DNA of 64,000 nucleotides, from the sequence record OZ196285.1, one strand, 5' to 3'. The translations under genes and the position numbers were made by a program. Below the pieces are notes generated by a model. The model searched no databases. It was not told where the DNA came from and saw only the letters and a list, made by a program, of their open reading frames with translations. How positions within the stretch are numbered: position 1 is the first letter of the stretch; each line of letters begins with the position of its first letter. This document shows positions 8,687-17,882 of the stretch, piece after piece.

Positions 8687-9016
8687 ATGTTTGGAAGAAA
8701 AGATTACAATCGCTACCTTGTTTGTATTCAATACAAGAGTGGTGCAAAGAACGCGTTTTGGGTAACACGTTTTTCTATTGATAGAACTGGCCGTACCAAT
8801 CACTACATGTGGAATGAAGCTGAGTGTCCGTTTAGTGAGACGCAGAATCTCGATAAGCTGAGAGATTTAGCGACGACCGTATCGCAGCGTTTAGACTCTG
8901 CTAATGTATTGATGTGTGATAGTGTAGTTTCACTGAACGTTGATGATGTCAGCAGCGTATGGACGGTTTGTACAGTTGAAGGTAAAGACGGTGATGAACC
9001 AGAGCCGAAAAAATGA
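8687..9016 (+). CDS. hypothetical protein
   Basis: 109-aa ORF in operon. Confidence 0.7.
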   Translation: MFGRKDYNRYLVCIQYKSGAKNAFWVTRFSIDRTGRTNHYMWNEAECPFSETQNLDKLRDLATTVSQRLDSANVLMCDSVVSLNVDDVSSVWTVCTVEGKDGDEPEPKK

Positions 9017-9189
9017 TCATCGTATTGCTTTATTTGACAGTAGCATTTATGTTCTATGCGTACTGCGTAGTTTATGATTACGTTAAAGTGGGTTGGACAG
9101 GTGGTCAGAAATTTCCACTTAATTGTTTGGCGACGAGCCAACCACAACAACGACGGACGAAGATGCCGTTCGTGACGTTGCTCACTTGA
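9013..9189 (+). CDS. small membrane protein (58 aa)
   Basis: Manual translation MIIVLLYLTVAFMFYAYCVVY...; ATGA overlap upstream, TGATG overlap downstream. Confidence 0.55.
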   Translation: MIIVLLYLTVAFMFYAYCVVYDYVKVGWTGGQKFPLNCLATSQPQQRRTKMPFVTLLT

Positions 9190-9707
9190 TGAATTCTACT
9201 GAGACGGAGATGGTTAATTTCTGGCTTAAAGATTTCGAACGGTCGACTTATCTGTATCGTGACTTGTGGTATGGTATTGCTACACGCAATCGATATGGGG
9301 ATGCGTCAGTCAAGCGACTTGACAGTGAACTGCCGTTCTGTGATGTGATTGCGCAACTCGTTAAATCTGAGGCGCGTATTCGTATCAGCGTCAAAGGTAC
9401 ACTTACAAATCAGTGGCGTCGTGCATATGGCATTACACTAGCTGAACAATGTGGTTACGTTGCACCGCCTGCTGAATCAAAAGGCGAAGACGAGGTAGAA
9501 CAGATTGAAATTGACGGTGACGCGCCAATTGCACCTGCTGAGTACGATGTTCTAATCGAGAGTGCGCGTGAATGTAAGCGTGCTAAACATGCACTACTGA
9601 ATCTTACAAAGATCGGTGACCCGATCACTAAGAGTCAGCGAACTGAAATCAACAATCTAGTTATCGATTGTAAAATGCAACTGCTCGAAGACGAGCTGAA
9701 CAAATAG
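9189..9707 (+). CDS. hypothetical protein, paralogue of lipoprotein 24395..25117
   Basis: ELPFCDVIAQLVK, ECKRAKHALLN, LVIDCKMQLLEDEL shared. Confidence 0.7.
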   Translation: MNSTETEMVNFWLKDFERSTYLYRDLWYGIATRNRYGDASVKRLDSELPFCDVIAQLVKSEARIRISVKGTLTNQWRRAYGITLAEQCGYVAPPAESKGEDEVEQIEIDGDAPIAPAEYDVLIESARECKRAKHALLNLTKIGDPITKSQRTEINNLVIDCKMQLLEDELNK

Positions 9708-9715
9708 GAAATATC

Positions 9716-10192
9716 ATGACTGAACCAACACATGGCTATGCAGCCAACCCAACTAATGCTGAAGTGAATGAACTTTTAAAAGAGCTTGGTTGTGAGAAAA
9801 CAGAATCGTTGCACAATGTACATGGCGTTCATGACGTTGAGATTGATCGACTTATCGAAGCAACTATGAGTGATGACGAGCCTACGTTCGAACGTCACAA
9901 CGACCCATTAGTGACTGAGGCGCAAAAGATCAGATTTCATTTGGCTAAAGCAAACGCGACTGAAGTGAATTATCGTGGTAAAACATACTACTTCATTGGC
10001 AAAGATCCACTTAATTCTGAATACGTGCATATTCTTGACCCGACCAATCAAGTGTCTACGCGTGTTCCTGCGTCACATTGCTTCACTGGTAAAGAATTCA
10101 ACGAAGCAACTGCTATTTCTAGACGCTATCCTGGTCATCTATCAGTGAGCGACATGGCTCGACTGATTCGAGAAATCCGAAACGAATCATAA
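9716..10192 (+). CDS. hypothetical protein
   Basis: 158-aa ORF, AGGA RBS. Confidence 0.7.
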   Translation: MTEPTHGYAANPTNAEVNELLKELGCEKTESLHNVHGVHDVEIDRLIEATMSDDEPTFERHNDPLVTEAQKIRFHLAKANATEVNYRGKTYYFIGKDPLNSEYVHILDPTNQVSTRVPASHCFTGKEFNEATAISRRYPGHLSVSDMARLIREIRNES

Positions 10193-10212
10193 ACGTGAAT
10201 TGTTGTCTGTTC

Positions 10213-10218
10213 TAAATA
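10213..10218 (+). promoter_or_regulatory. T4-like late promoter (TAAATA)
   Basis: Same hexamer precedes tail-fibre genes and endolysin in this window. Confidence 0.6.
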
Positions 10219-10249
10219 TGAATATATTTCTAACATTAGGACATTCAAC

Positions 10250-10807
10250 ATGCCAATGCAATCATCGGGTGCAATCTCGCTTGACGACATCCAAAATTAT
10301 TTTGGCGGTGAGCCATCTATAGGCATCACTGAGTATTATCGCGGCGGTGCATATGTACCTGACATTACAGAAAACGCAGGTATTCCTACTAGCGGTCTAA
10401 TCGACATGAATGACTTTTACGGTTCAATGCGTCTGACTGCGGTGAATACTAGTCGCGATACAACTATCTCAACAACTGCATCACGTTCGACTGGTTACAG
10501 TTCAACATGGAGCACTGGTTACACTTCATCATGGGGTACGGCTCGCGGTACTTCGCGTGGGACAAGCCGCACCACTTCTTGGACAACGACGTGGTCAACA
10601 GAGACCACATGTAGTAAAGGTGGGTGTGGTAGTCGAAACACTTCGCGCACCACTTCACGCGGTACGAGTTACACGACTTCATGGACGACTTCATGGACGA
10701 CTTCACGCAGCACTTCGCGAAATACGTCTCGTGCAACTACGCGCGATACCACATACTCATACGATACGACATACACGACATCGTGGGATACACAAACACC
10801 GGAATAA
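10250..10807 (+). CDS. Ser/Thr-repeat protein with phage adhesin/fibre-tip-like N-terminal domain
   Basis: N-terminal SSGAISLDDIQNYFGG...EYYRGG...IPTSG.I.MNDFYG; residues 66-183 are T-S-[RWY]-x tetrad repeats around CSKGGC. Confidence 0.8.
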   Translation: MPMQSSGAISLDDIQNYFGGEPSIGITEYYRGGAYVPDITENAGIPTSGLIDMNDFYGSMRLTAVNTSRDTTISTTASRSTGYSSTWSTGYTSSWGTARGTSRGTSRTTSWTTTWSTETTCSKGGCGSRNTSRTTSRGTSYTTSWTTSWTTSRSTSRNTSRATTRDTTYSYDTTYTTSWDTQTPE

Positions 10808-10809
10808 TC

Positions 10810-11031
10810 ATGACAGAACAGCGAATAGAACATCTTGAAAATGAAGTCAAACGTATGAGCGCCGAATTGTCGCGTGCAAACGACATCATTAAAAACTTGA
10901 ATGAAAGTCAGACTCTATTAATGGAGACGATCATTGAACACATCGCGTCACTTGAAGCTGAACGAGATCAGCTTCTTCGGAGTTATGACGATGGTATGAA
11001 GTCAATAATTAACAAATACAAAAACGAATAA
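10810..11031 (+). CDS. small coiled-coil protein
   Basis: Heptad pattern; ATG 10810 after upstream TAA. Confidence 0.65.
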   Translation: MTEQRIEHLENEVKRMSAELSRANDIIKNLNESQTLLMETIIEHIASLEAERDQLLRSYDDGMKSIINKYKNE

Positions 11032-11038
11032 GGGACGA

Positions 11039-11899
11039 TTGCACGTGAACAATAACAACTTTCGTAGTGAAATGACGGGCTTTAATAATGCATGTCGAAT
11101 TGGTAAGTTAGTGTTGAACGATACGCGACCCTTTGAATTGTGCATGAAAGCTATTGACGAACTGCAACACAACGGCATTGATTGTCAATTTGACATGTCA
11201 CATGATGATGGTGGTGATGTATCTGCGGCAGAGTGGGTATCTCAGTTGCGTTCATTTTGTATTCGATATCTAAACATCGATGTTCAATGTCGTGCATTGA
11301 TTGCATCGTTCTACGACAACAAATCTGACCTTGATATTAATTTCTCAAGCAACTCAGTTGACAAGTACAAACTGAGTTCACTTGCTCCTTGTTTCGAGCA
11401 TTACAAGCGCGTTGTATTTCTTGGTGGCACTAATATCTTACACGACCAGATGGATCTCGATAAGATTGAGTACATCATGAATGCAGACTCAAGTGTCGTC
11501 ATTAAGCCACACCCACTAACTAACGTCAGTGACATGAAAATGTTGAGTGAGCGATTTGGGAGTGAGCGAGTGCTGTCGAACAAGATCAATGGTGTTCAAT
11601 TGCTTTCACAGTGCGAACACGCGTGGGTGCCATCTAGTTCTGAAATGTGGTTCACGTGTGTTATGAATAACATTGATTTTGATATCATCACGCGTGATGC
11701 CGTTGCGCGTCGTGGGCTGTATTACCCGATGATCAATGCAATGAATGTGATTCATGCCGACACTGGTATTGACAAAAAGACAATCGCGTCCAAGATTATC
11801 ACGTCTCCATCATCGGGGATATACACATCTTACCATTCATTCAAATACTGTCATGCGAATTTTATCGAAAACGTTCGCATGTGTGGTGGTGACATATGA
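11039..11899 (+). CDS. KpsS/KpsC-like (capsule-synthesis family) glycosyltransferase-like protein
   Basis: VVIKPHPL motif followed by LLSQCEHAWVPSSSE, matching the GT-B HP...vNS pattern. Confidence 0.55.
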   Translation: MHVNNNNFRSEMTGFNNACRIGKLVLNDTRPFELCMKAIDELQHNGIDCQFDMSHDDGGDVSAAEWVSQLRSFCIRYLNIDVQCRALIASFYDNKSDLDINFSSNSVDKYKLSSLAPCFEHYKRVVFLGGTNILHDQMDLDKIEYIMNADSSVVIKPHPLTNVSDMKMLSERFGSERVLSNKINGVQLLSQCEHAWVPSSSEMWFTCVMNNIDFDIITRDAVARRGLYYPMINAMNVIHADTGIDKKTIASKIITSPSSGIYTSYHSFKYCHANFIENVRMCGGDI

Positions 11900-12543
11900 T
11901 TAACATAGACATACATACGTACATCTACAGTGTTCATGATTTAGACCAATTGCGGGTGCTCAGTAAGTCGTTTGAACTTACTCACCCTGACAACGATGGT
12001 GGTGTAATTTGCATAGTAGCCGATGAAATAGAAGTGTCGTCGTTGCCTGAAATTCAGAACGTTCGATATACGAAAACATACCCTACGGGTCGGTACATAT
12101 TCTTTTCCGTTGAACAGTTCTTCATGAACAAGTTGTATTCTCTAGTCGCAAGAACAAAAGACACTTGCGGGTTGTTGTCGTATTATCATGATGATGAGAA
12201 GAATGACTTTCGCATCGTCAACGACATTGAGGCTGATCTACCACACGAGTTCAGTAATGTGAATTTCACAATCGAGCCGCACGCAGATCGTCTAATGTAT
12301 TACAAGATTCTGAAGCACATGCGTGATGTTGTGACGTTGAATACTCGCAAGTTTAATCCTAGCGATACGTCTCAAATCAACAGCATATACACGCTTACGT
12401 TTCCGTGGGAAATGTATTTCAATGTTTTGCGACAATGCGACGGGGTTTCTGAATCGTTTAAATCCGATGTAGTGTTTAACTGTAAGCGGTTTTCACATAG
12501 TATATGGTACAGATACAGCAATATTCTGAACATAGGTGAGTAA
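11896..12543 (+). CDS. hypothetical protein in modification operon
   Basis: 215-aa ORF, ATGA overlap. Confidence 0.75.
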   Translation: MINIDIHTYIYSVHDLDQLRVLSKSFELTHPDNDGGVICIVADEIEVSSLPEIQNVRYTKTYPTGRYIFFSVEQFFMNKLYSLVARTKDTCGLLSYYHDDEKNDFRIVNDIEADLPHEFSNVNFTIEPHADRLMYYKILKHMRDVVTLNTRKFNPSDTSQINSIYTLTFPWEMYFNVLRQCDGVSESFKSDVVFNCKRFSHSIWYRYSNILNIGE

Positions 12544-12545
12544 TT

Positions 12546-13247
12546 ATGAAACAGATACACGAAGTGGCATTGGTGTCTGGACTTGATAGCATTGTTCTTT
12601 ATGAAATGTTGTCGAAAAATAACCCAAACATATTGCCCGTTTATTTCAAGTGGGGGTTTGATATTGACGATGCAGAAATTGCCAAGCTCCCTGAAGGGAC
12701 AGTCATTCATGAAATCCCCGAATACTTAAAATTCGATGTTGATATCGGTTCGCGTGAGTGTGTCAATCTTGATGGGCGTGACACGATTATGATGAACATG
12801 ATCATGCACATTTATAAGCCAAGTGTGATTTACAAAGGCACGATACTGAACGATGAATCATATGTCGAGTCGAATTTCATGTTCACTCAAAAGATCGCTC
12901 ATACATGGAGTTTAATCAACCGCAAAACGACGGAGATTAAGCACCCGTTCCAAACAAAAAGTAAGCGCGATGTGATTATGCTTGCTGAGGCGATGGACAT
13001 CAACCCATTAGATTTTCAATATTGCTACAATGAATCGGGTAATTGTGGGTATTGTAACAAGTGTCGGATGACGCGCCTATTGAGTATGTACACGTCGAAT
13101 CCAGATATCGATTTCTTGAATAAATTCAAGGCTGAGTGCGAAGACGAAACAGTTCGTCTCACCGGTAATTACATAACACAGACCGATGATGTCGTCGGTG
13201 AAATAACTCGACAAATTGAGGGAAAATATGAACATACAATATCATAG
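12546..13247 (+). CDS. QueC-like PP-loop ATP pyrophosphatase
   Basis: VSGLDS PP-loop, HPF...SKRDVI, CY...CGYCNKC zinc motif. Confidence 0.75.
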   Translation: MKQIHEVALVSGLDSIVLYEMLSKNNPNILPVYFKWGFDIDDAEIAKLPEGTVIHEIPEYLKFDVDIGSRECVNLDGRDTIMMNMIMHIYKPSVIYKGTILNDESYVESNFMFTQKIAHTWSLINRKTTEIKHPFQTKSKRDVIMLAEAMDINPLDFQYCYNESGNCGYCNKCRMTRLLSMYTSNPDIDFLNKFKAECEDETVRLTGNYITQTDDVVGEITRQIEGKYEHTIS

Positions 13248-13905
13248 CATCGGCGGGCGACACTTAATTGTGATCGATGATGCATTCACATCCGATGAAT
13301 TGAAGTTCATCACAGATACAGTAGACGCGATATCAGAGTCTTTGTGGCAAGAAGGTCACGATGACAACTTGTTGCGGTATAGTGGCATTCACGAACTGAA
13401 CGTAATAAACGGGACCGACGATCCGAACAGTGTCATCAAAGGCGACTGTGTGTTTCTCAACGCTCTAGGTGCTCCTCACAAAAAGATTTGCTCTATTGTA
13501 GACAATGTGGTGTATAGCGCGTTCTCAACTAAAAGCATCGTCACGTCCGAAGATCGTGAGCGCATCTTCTTTGACAAGAACGAGTTTTTTTGCCGAGTTT
13601 TACGTTATATGCCGGGATATTACGACCAATGTGCAGATGACGATTTGTTCTTGCATACTGACATTTCAACTGGCGTGATGTTCACCCCATTCGAAAACAC
13701 AATCGATCATCAATGCACGTATTATTACGAAGATGATAAATTCGAAACTCCCGTGCTTACACTTGAACATAAACCCGGTCGGTTGGTTGTGTTTGATGGT
13801 CGTATTGTTCACGCACCTAATCGATGTGACAACTCGACTCGTTACGCGATGTCGATGCACAACGATCACGATTTGCAAAAATATCTAGGTGCATTTAGTG
13901 AGTGA
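13228..13905 (+). CDS. 2OG-Fe(II) oxygenase
   Basis: HTD...KPGRLVVFDG.IVH...TRY facial triad and 2OG Arg. Confidence 0.8.
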   Translation: MNIQYHSIGGRHLIVIDDAFTSDELKFITDTVDAISESLWQEGHDDNLLRYSGIHELNVINGTDDPNSVIKGDCVFLNALGAPHKKICSIVDNVVYSAFSTKSIVTSEDRERIFFDKNEFFCRVLRYMPGYYDQCADDDLFLHTDISTGVMFTPFENTIDHQCTYYYEDDKFETPVLTLEHKPGRLVVFDGRIVHAPNRCDNSTRYAMSMHNDHDLQKYLGAFSE

Positions 13906-14797
13906 TTTAATATCGGATACTGCCGATAATATGATTCACGTGTATGATGATGAACTATCGGCAGCTCAGTGGTACTTCGGCAGTAGAACTTGCGATTTCT
14001 ACTTATACGGTATTAAAGAATTACGTGCTTCTCTATCGCAGTACCCGTTCATAGATGTTCAGTCACGCTCGGATGGTGATTTGATACGAGTGGGTGAGCC
14101 TGCAATTACGATTACAATTCGTCGTGCTAGTGTATTGAAGTATGGGAATATGATCGAAACGTTGTTGTATAATACCGTATGGTATCGTTCGACAGTCGGT
14201 ACTATTTTGATAGGCATGAAAGACACGTTGATTCGTAATGGGTTTAGTGTGTATTCAGCATTCCCTCAGACAGGTCGCGCTAGTGTGAATCATGAGCAAA
14301 CGCTGGTTGCAAATGAAATGTTCGAGCGTGTGTTTTATAAACTCGGTACAGAACTACGTTCTGTTGCAACACACAATGAAATATTGATGACATCTGAGCG
14401 CTTTTGTTTGCAGAATTATCGAAGTGTGATGGCAGATACTTATGATATTGCGAACTTTTGCGAACTGTGTCATGAACTCGATTATACTGGCAACATCATG
14501 ATTGATTCATCGCCTATAATTGAAAACATCGATTACGTATTATCTCACACGAACAACACGATTAGTCAAGTTGAATCGATTACTATCAACGAGTGGCATG
14601 AACTAGTCGAACATTATAGTGGGAATAAACGTCTGACGTTCGGCATAGGAAGTTGTTGTTTCACTAACATTTCGCGTGATACATTTGGGCTTGTCTTCAA
14701 AACATGCGCAATTGAACGCAATGGAAAATGGATCGGTGTGAGTAAACAGACATCAAATAAAAAAACACACAATGGTTATGTGGGTAAGTTATCATGA
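13889..14797 (+). CDS. divergent nicotinate/nicotinamide phosphoribosyltransferase-fold protein
   Basis: TGRAS, THNE, ADTYD, FGIGS, ISRDTFGLVFK align to NadV motifs DFGARG, EHS, MDSYD, FGMGG, DRDTQRFAMK. Confidence 0.65.
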   Translation: MHLVSDLISDTADNMIHVYDDELSAAQWYFGSRTCDFYLYGIKELRASLSQYPFIDVQSRSDGDLIRVGEPAITITIRRASVLKYGNMIETLLYNTVWYRSTVGTILIGMKDTLIRNGFSVYSAFPQTGRASVNHEQTLVANEMFERVFYKLGTELRSVATHNEILMTSERFCLQNYRSVMADTYDIANFCELCHELDYTGNIMIDSSPIIENIDYVLSHTNNTISQVESITINEWHELVEHYSGNKRLTFGIGSCCFTNISRDTFGLVFKTCAIERNGKWIGVSKQTSNKKTHNGYVGKLS

Positions 14798-15798
14798 GAA
14801 AATATTGCATTGCGCCTTTTGCATCACCTGCGATTACGCCAGATGGATTTAAGGTATGTTCATATCCCGGTCAGAAAGTATATGACGACATTTCATTCTG
14901 GAATAGTGAAGAGATAATGGAAATGCGTCGAACGATTCGTGAGGGCGGTACACCTGAATCTTGTATTGAATGTCGCAAAGGGCGAGACGGGTTGGTATGC
15001 TCGGCAAATCCAGATGACGTTCGCGATGAATACGTCCCGTTGAATTTTAAAAACTTGTTTATTGCACGCAGTAATAAGTGCGATATGGCATGTGAAATGT
15101 GTTCTTCTACAATATCACACACGTACGACAAGGTGCATGGTGATGGGAGCGTGGGTGTAATCGAGAACAATATCGATTTGACCCCCTATCTCCACGAGAC
15201 AACACACGCAGCAATCAGCGGCGGTAACCCTGTGCTTGATAATAAGCTTCTTGATATCATCGACGGATTAGACGCTGACCGTCTGCGCTCTATGTTCTTC
15301 ACTAGCAACGGAAGTGTATTCCCTAAGTCATTCATTGATTCGATCAAGCGTCTATCAAAGACTGATATCAGCTTGATATTTTCAATTGATGGGCCCAAAT
15401 ACGTAAATGAAGTCGTGAGGGAAAGGAGTCGTCAGCAACGATTCTACGATACATTTCAACGCGTGATGCAGGATGTCATCGAACACGAAAATATATTCAT
15501 GTGTATTGAGTTCACCGCAACAAACAAGACGGTATCGCATCTTTCTGATTTGTATGACGAAATGATGTTTATGCTATCGACGGATGAATTGTCGAGAGTG
15601 AAATTCATTTTCAACGTGTGTAGCTCGCCAGTACATCTTTCTGCAATGCATCTTACGGCAGAGCAAGAAAACTCAATCACGAAGCAATTGTCGTATTTTG
15701 AGCATGTACTCAGAACCGCGCCGACTGAATTGGCTAGTGTGATGCATAGTAGACTGTACGATTTTGCAGAACGTTACAACGAGCAGCGAATACTATAG
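14794..15798 (+). CDS. radical SAM protein with N-terminal SPASM/twitch-like Cys cluster
   Basis: CDMACEMC, SGGNP, FFTSNGS, FSIDG; N-terminal YCIAPF...CS...CIEC. Confidence 0.9.
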   Translation: MRKYCIAPFASPAITPDGFKVCSYPGQKVYDDISFWNSEEIMEMRRTIREGGTPESCIECRKGRDGLVCSANPDDVRDEYVPLNFKNLFIARSNKCDMACEMCSSTISHTYDKVHGDGSVGVIENNIDLTPYLHETTHAAISGGNPVLDNKLLDIIDGLDADRLRSMFFTSNGSVFPKSFIDSIKRLSKTDISLIFSIDGPKYVNEVVRERSRQQRFYDTFQRVMQDVIEHENIFMCIEFTATNKTVSHLSDLYDEMMFMLSTDELSRVKFIFNVCSSPVHLSAMHLTAEQENSITKQLSYFEHVLRTAPTELASVMHSRLYDFAERYNEQRIL

Positions 15799-16884
15799 AA
15801 TAATAGTTCGTTCGACCATAGAGGCGAGCAAAGGTGACACTGTTTTCAGTTCATCGATGTTTGCCTTTTTTATTGTCTCGTGGCAAAACTCTACCCACTT
15901 GACGTGTTCATATCTTGAATTTCGTTGTATTCCGACTAATTCATTATAGGCGCGGCGAGTTGTCATGTTGTTTTGCAACGCCTCGTACTTTTCAACCATT
16001 GCGTTTATGAATTCGGGTGGTGCATTAAACAGAGACATGCGCTCAGGCATAACAATAAATCCAACCCCGAGTTCAATATCATCGTGTAATTCTGAAAGCT
16101 CATCAAATCGTTCGATGTTGTACATGGTCATTGTTGACAATAATGACACATCAATATGTGTGGATAGATTCTTCGAATCGTTTATGAATGTGTTCAAACG
16201 ATCATAGTTTATAAACTTTCTCTGAAAGTTGTTTACTGATTCCACCCCGTCGATTGAAATTACTAGTCGAACATGTTTGCCGCTGAAGTGGAGCTGCATT
16301 AGTCGTGTGAATATACACGACCCGTCACGCATCTTGCTAGTATTGCCGTTTGTTACTATGGTGATTTCTTCGGCTCGGCTTCTGTCAAGCGCGTCAAAGA
16401 TTTCAACCCCTCTTTCCATGTCTTGGATATTCCCGCCTAATATGCGAATCGATTCTACGTTGGTGGATTGTTCGATTGCAAACAAACACTCATCTACGTT
16501 GTCGATTTTATTCGTCGTCTTGCTATACGTGCGTGAATATGCTCGGCTGAACTCATCACCGCACATAATACAAGCACCTGAGCACTCATTAGATGGGTAT
16601 AAAATCAAATCGCGCACTTCAGATATCTTCATTTCTAGTTTAGCTTCAACGTTTCGTTGAAATTGAATGTGCATGTTTGTAGCGATACACGATTGGCACG
16701 CTTGGGGTAATGATTTGACATCGTGGTCGACCATTGATTGTCGAACTTGAGTGATTGTGTCGTGGTTAAGCGCGTCGTGTATGTTGTCAGCTTCATATCG
16801 TATGTATGACATGCAGCATGAGCTATAAGACTGAGCAGCGATACCGAAGTCAGTGAATGGCGCAGAGCAAAGTGGTTTATTCAT
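15793..16884 (-). CDS. radical SAM protein with N-terminal SPASM/twitch-like Cys cluster
   Basis: CSGACIMC, LGGN, TNGN, ISIDG; LCSAPF...CCM...CQSC. Confidence 0.88.
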   Translation of the reverse strand: MNKPLCSAPFTDFGIAAQSYSSCCMSYIRYEADNIHDALNHDTITQVRQSMVDHDVKSLPQACQSCIATNMHIQFQRNVEAKLEMKISEVRDLILYPSNECSGACIMCGDEFSRAYSRTYSKTTNKIDNVDECLFAIEQSTNVESIRILGGNIQDMERGVEIFDALDRSRAEEITIVTNGNTSKMRDGSCIFTRLMQLHFSGKHVRLVISIDGVESVNNFQRKFINYDRLNTFINDSKNLSTHIDVSLLSTMTMYNIERFDELSELHDDIELGVGFIVMPERMSLFNAPPEFINAMVEKYEALQNNMTTRRAYNELVGIQRNSRYEHVKWVEFCHETIKKANIDELKTVSPLLASMVERTIIL

Positions 16885-16926
16885 TATGTTTAATCTCAAT
16901 CTATGTTCGTCTATAATTATTGTGAG

Positions 16927-16932
16927 TATTTA
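16927..16932 (-). promoter_or_regulatory. late promoter TAAATA for minus-strand radical SAM
   Basis: TATTTA on + strand in 44-bp divergent gap. Confidence 0.55.
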
Positions 16933-16943
16933 GGAGTAAAAAA

Positions 16944-17882
16944 ATGAACAAATTAATATCATTCAATCGAGTAGACTCGTCATATGACTATCTAGTCGAG
17001 AACAATCTAGCGAATGTTCCAACTGTGATGCAATCTCTGTACAACATGATGACTACACTAGAAATTCCCGTTCAGTACAACGCGTCTGTGTCTAACAGTC
17101 AGAACTTGCTAGTGGGCGTTTGCTTTATGCAGCATTCGTACGAGAATGATCGCGAACACTTCAACCGGGTGATTGACAATATCGCTCTCACTCGGCGCGT
17201 ATTGTTAGTTTTCAATTCATGGCAAGTTCGACAATCAATCGAATGGTTTAGGAGAGTGCGACATGAGCTAGACAAACGCACTGAGCGCGTTCTTAGTAGG
17301 TTGTTTGATGCAAGCGAAGCATTTGTACCCGTGTACTTCAATCACGATGTGAGTGCGATAGAGAGCGCGTATGGGTATAGAGTGTTGCCGTACAATCCGT
17401 GTACATTCATTGATTCTTCGTCATACGGGACAATGACGACACACAAAGACCGAAAGGTTGTGTATGGCGAACTAGATTTGAATTTGGCATCAGCATTTAC
17501 AAGCAGATTTGATATCCCAACCGACGAATTTGTTATGTTCAATTTTCGCAACGTGATTGATGAGCGCGATCTTGTTGAGAATCACTACTCGCGGTCGTGG
17601 TTTGTATTGATGCCAAGTCACATAGGTGATACAGCAGGGATGGGGTTCTGGCGTTCCAAAGTACAGCACGCGATTAACGTTGGATCTATCATCATCACGG
17701 ATGAGCATGAGGCGAAACATCTAGGTGAATCGTTCGCGTATACGTACTCTCAACTTGTAACTAAGAGCGACGACGAGCTACAACGCATCGCAGAGGAGCA
17801 AAGATTAGAGTTCGAACATAATCTCTCACGAAGGGCTGCATTGACACAATTCAAACTTACTATAAAGAGTATCGAGTTATGA
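16944..17882 (+). CDS. putative GT-B glycosyltransferase-like protein
   Basis: C-terminal YSRSWFVLMP...WRSKVQHAINVGSIIITD resembles GT-B donor-binding segment; weak. Confidence 0.4.
   Translation: MNKLISFNRVDSSYDYLVENNLANVPTVMQSLYNMMTTLEIPVQYNASVSNSQNLLVGVCFMQHSYENDREHFNRVIDNIALTRRVLLVFNSWQVRQSIEWFRRVRHELDKRTERVLSRLFDASEAFVPVYFNHDVSAIESAYGYRVLPYNPCTFIDSSSYGTMTTHKDRKVVYGELDLNLASAFTSRFDIPTDEFVMFNFRNVIDERDLVENHYSRSWFVLMPSHIGDTAGMGFWRSKVQHAINVGSIIITDEHEAKHLGESFAYTYSQLVTKSDDELQRIAEEQRLEFEHNLSRRAALTQFKLTIKSIEL

Noticed and set aside
9013-9189. Programmed -1 frameshift fusing the 58-aa membrane ORF to ORF 9123..9707
   Set aside because: No slippery heptamer, and a standard TGATG stop-start overlap at 9187-9191 explains both genes
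10464-10838. 12-nt periodic repeats as a CRISPR-like or VNTR array, and overlapping ORFs 10464, 10557 and 10681
   Set aside because: Periodicity is the codon signature of the T-S-R-x tetrads; no repeat-spacer structure; other frames are shadows
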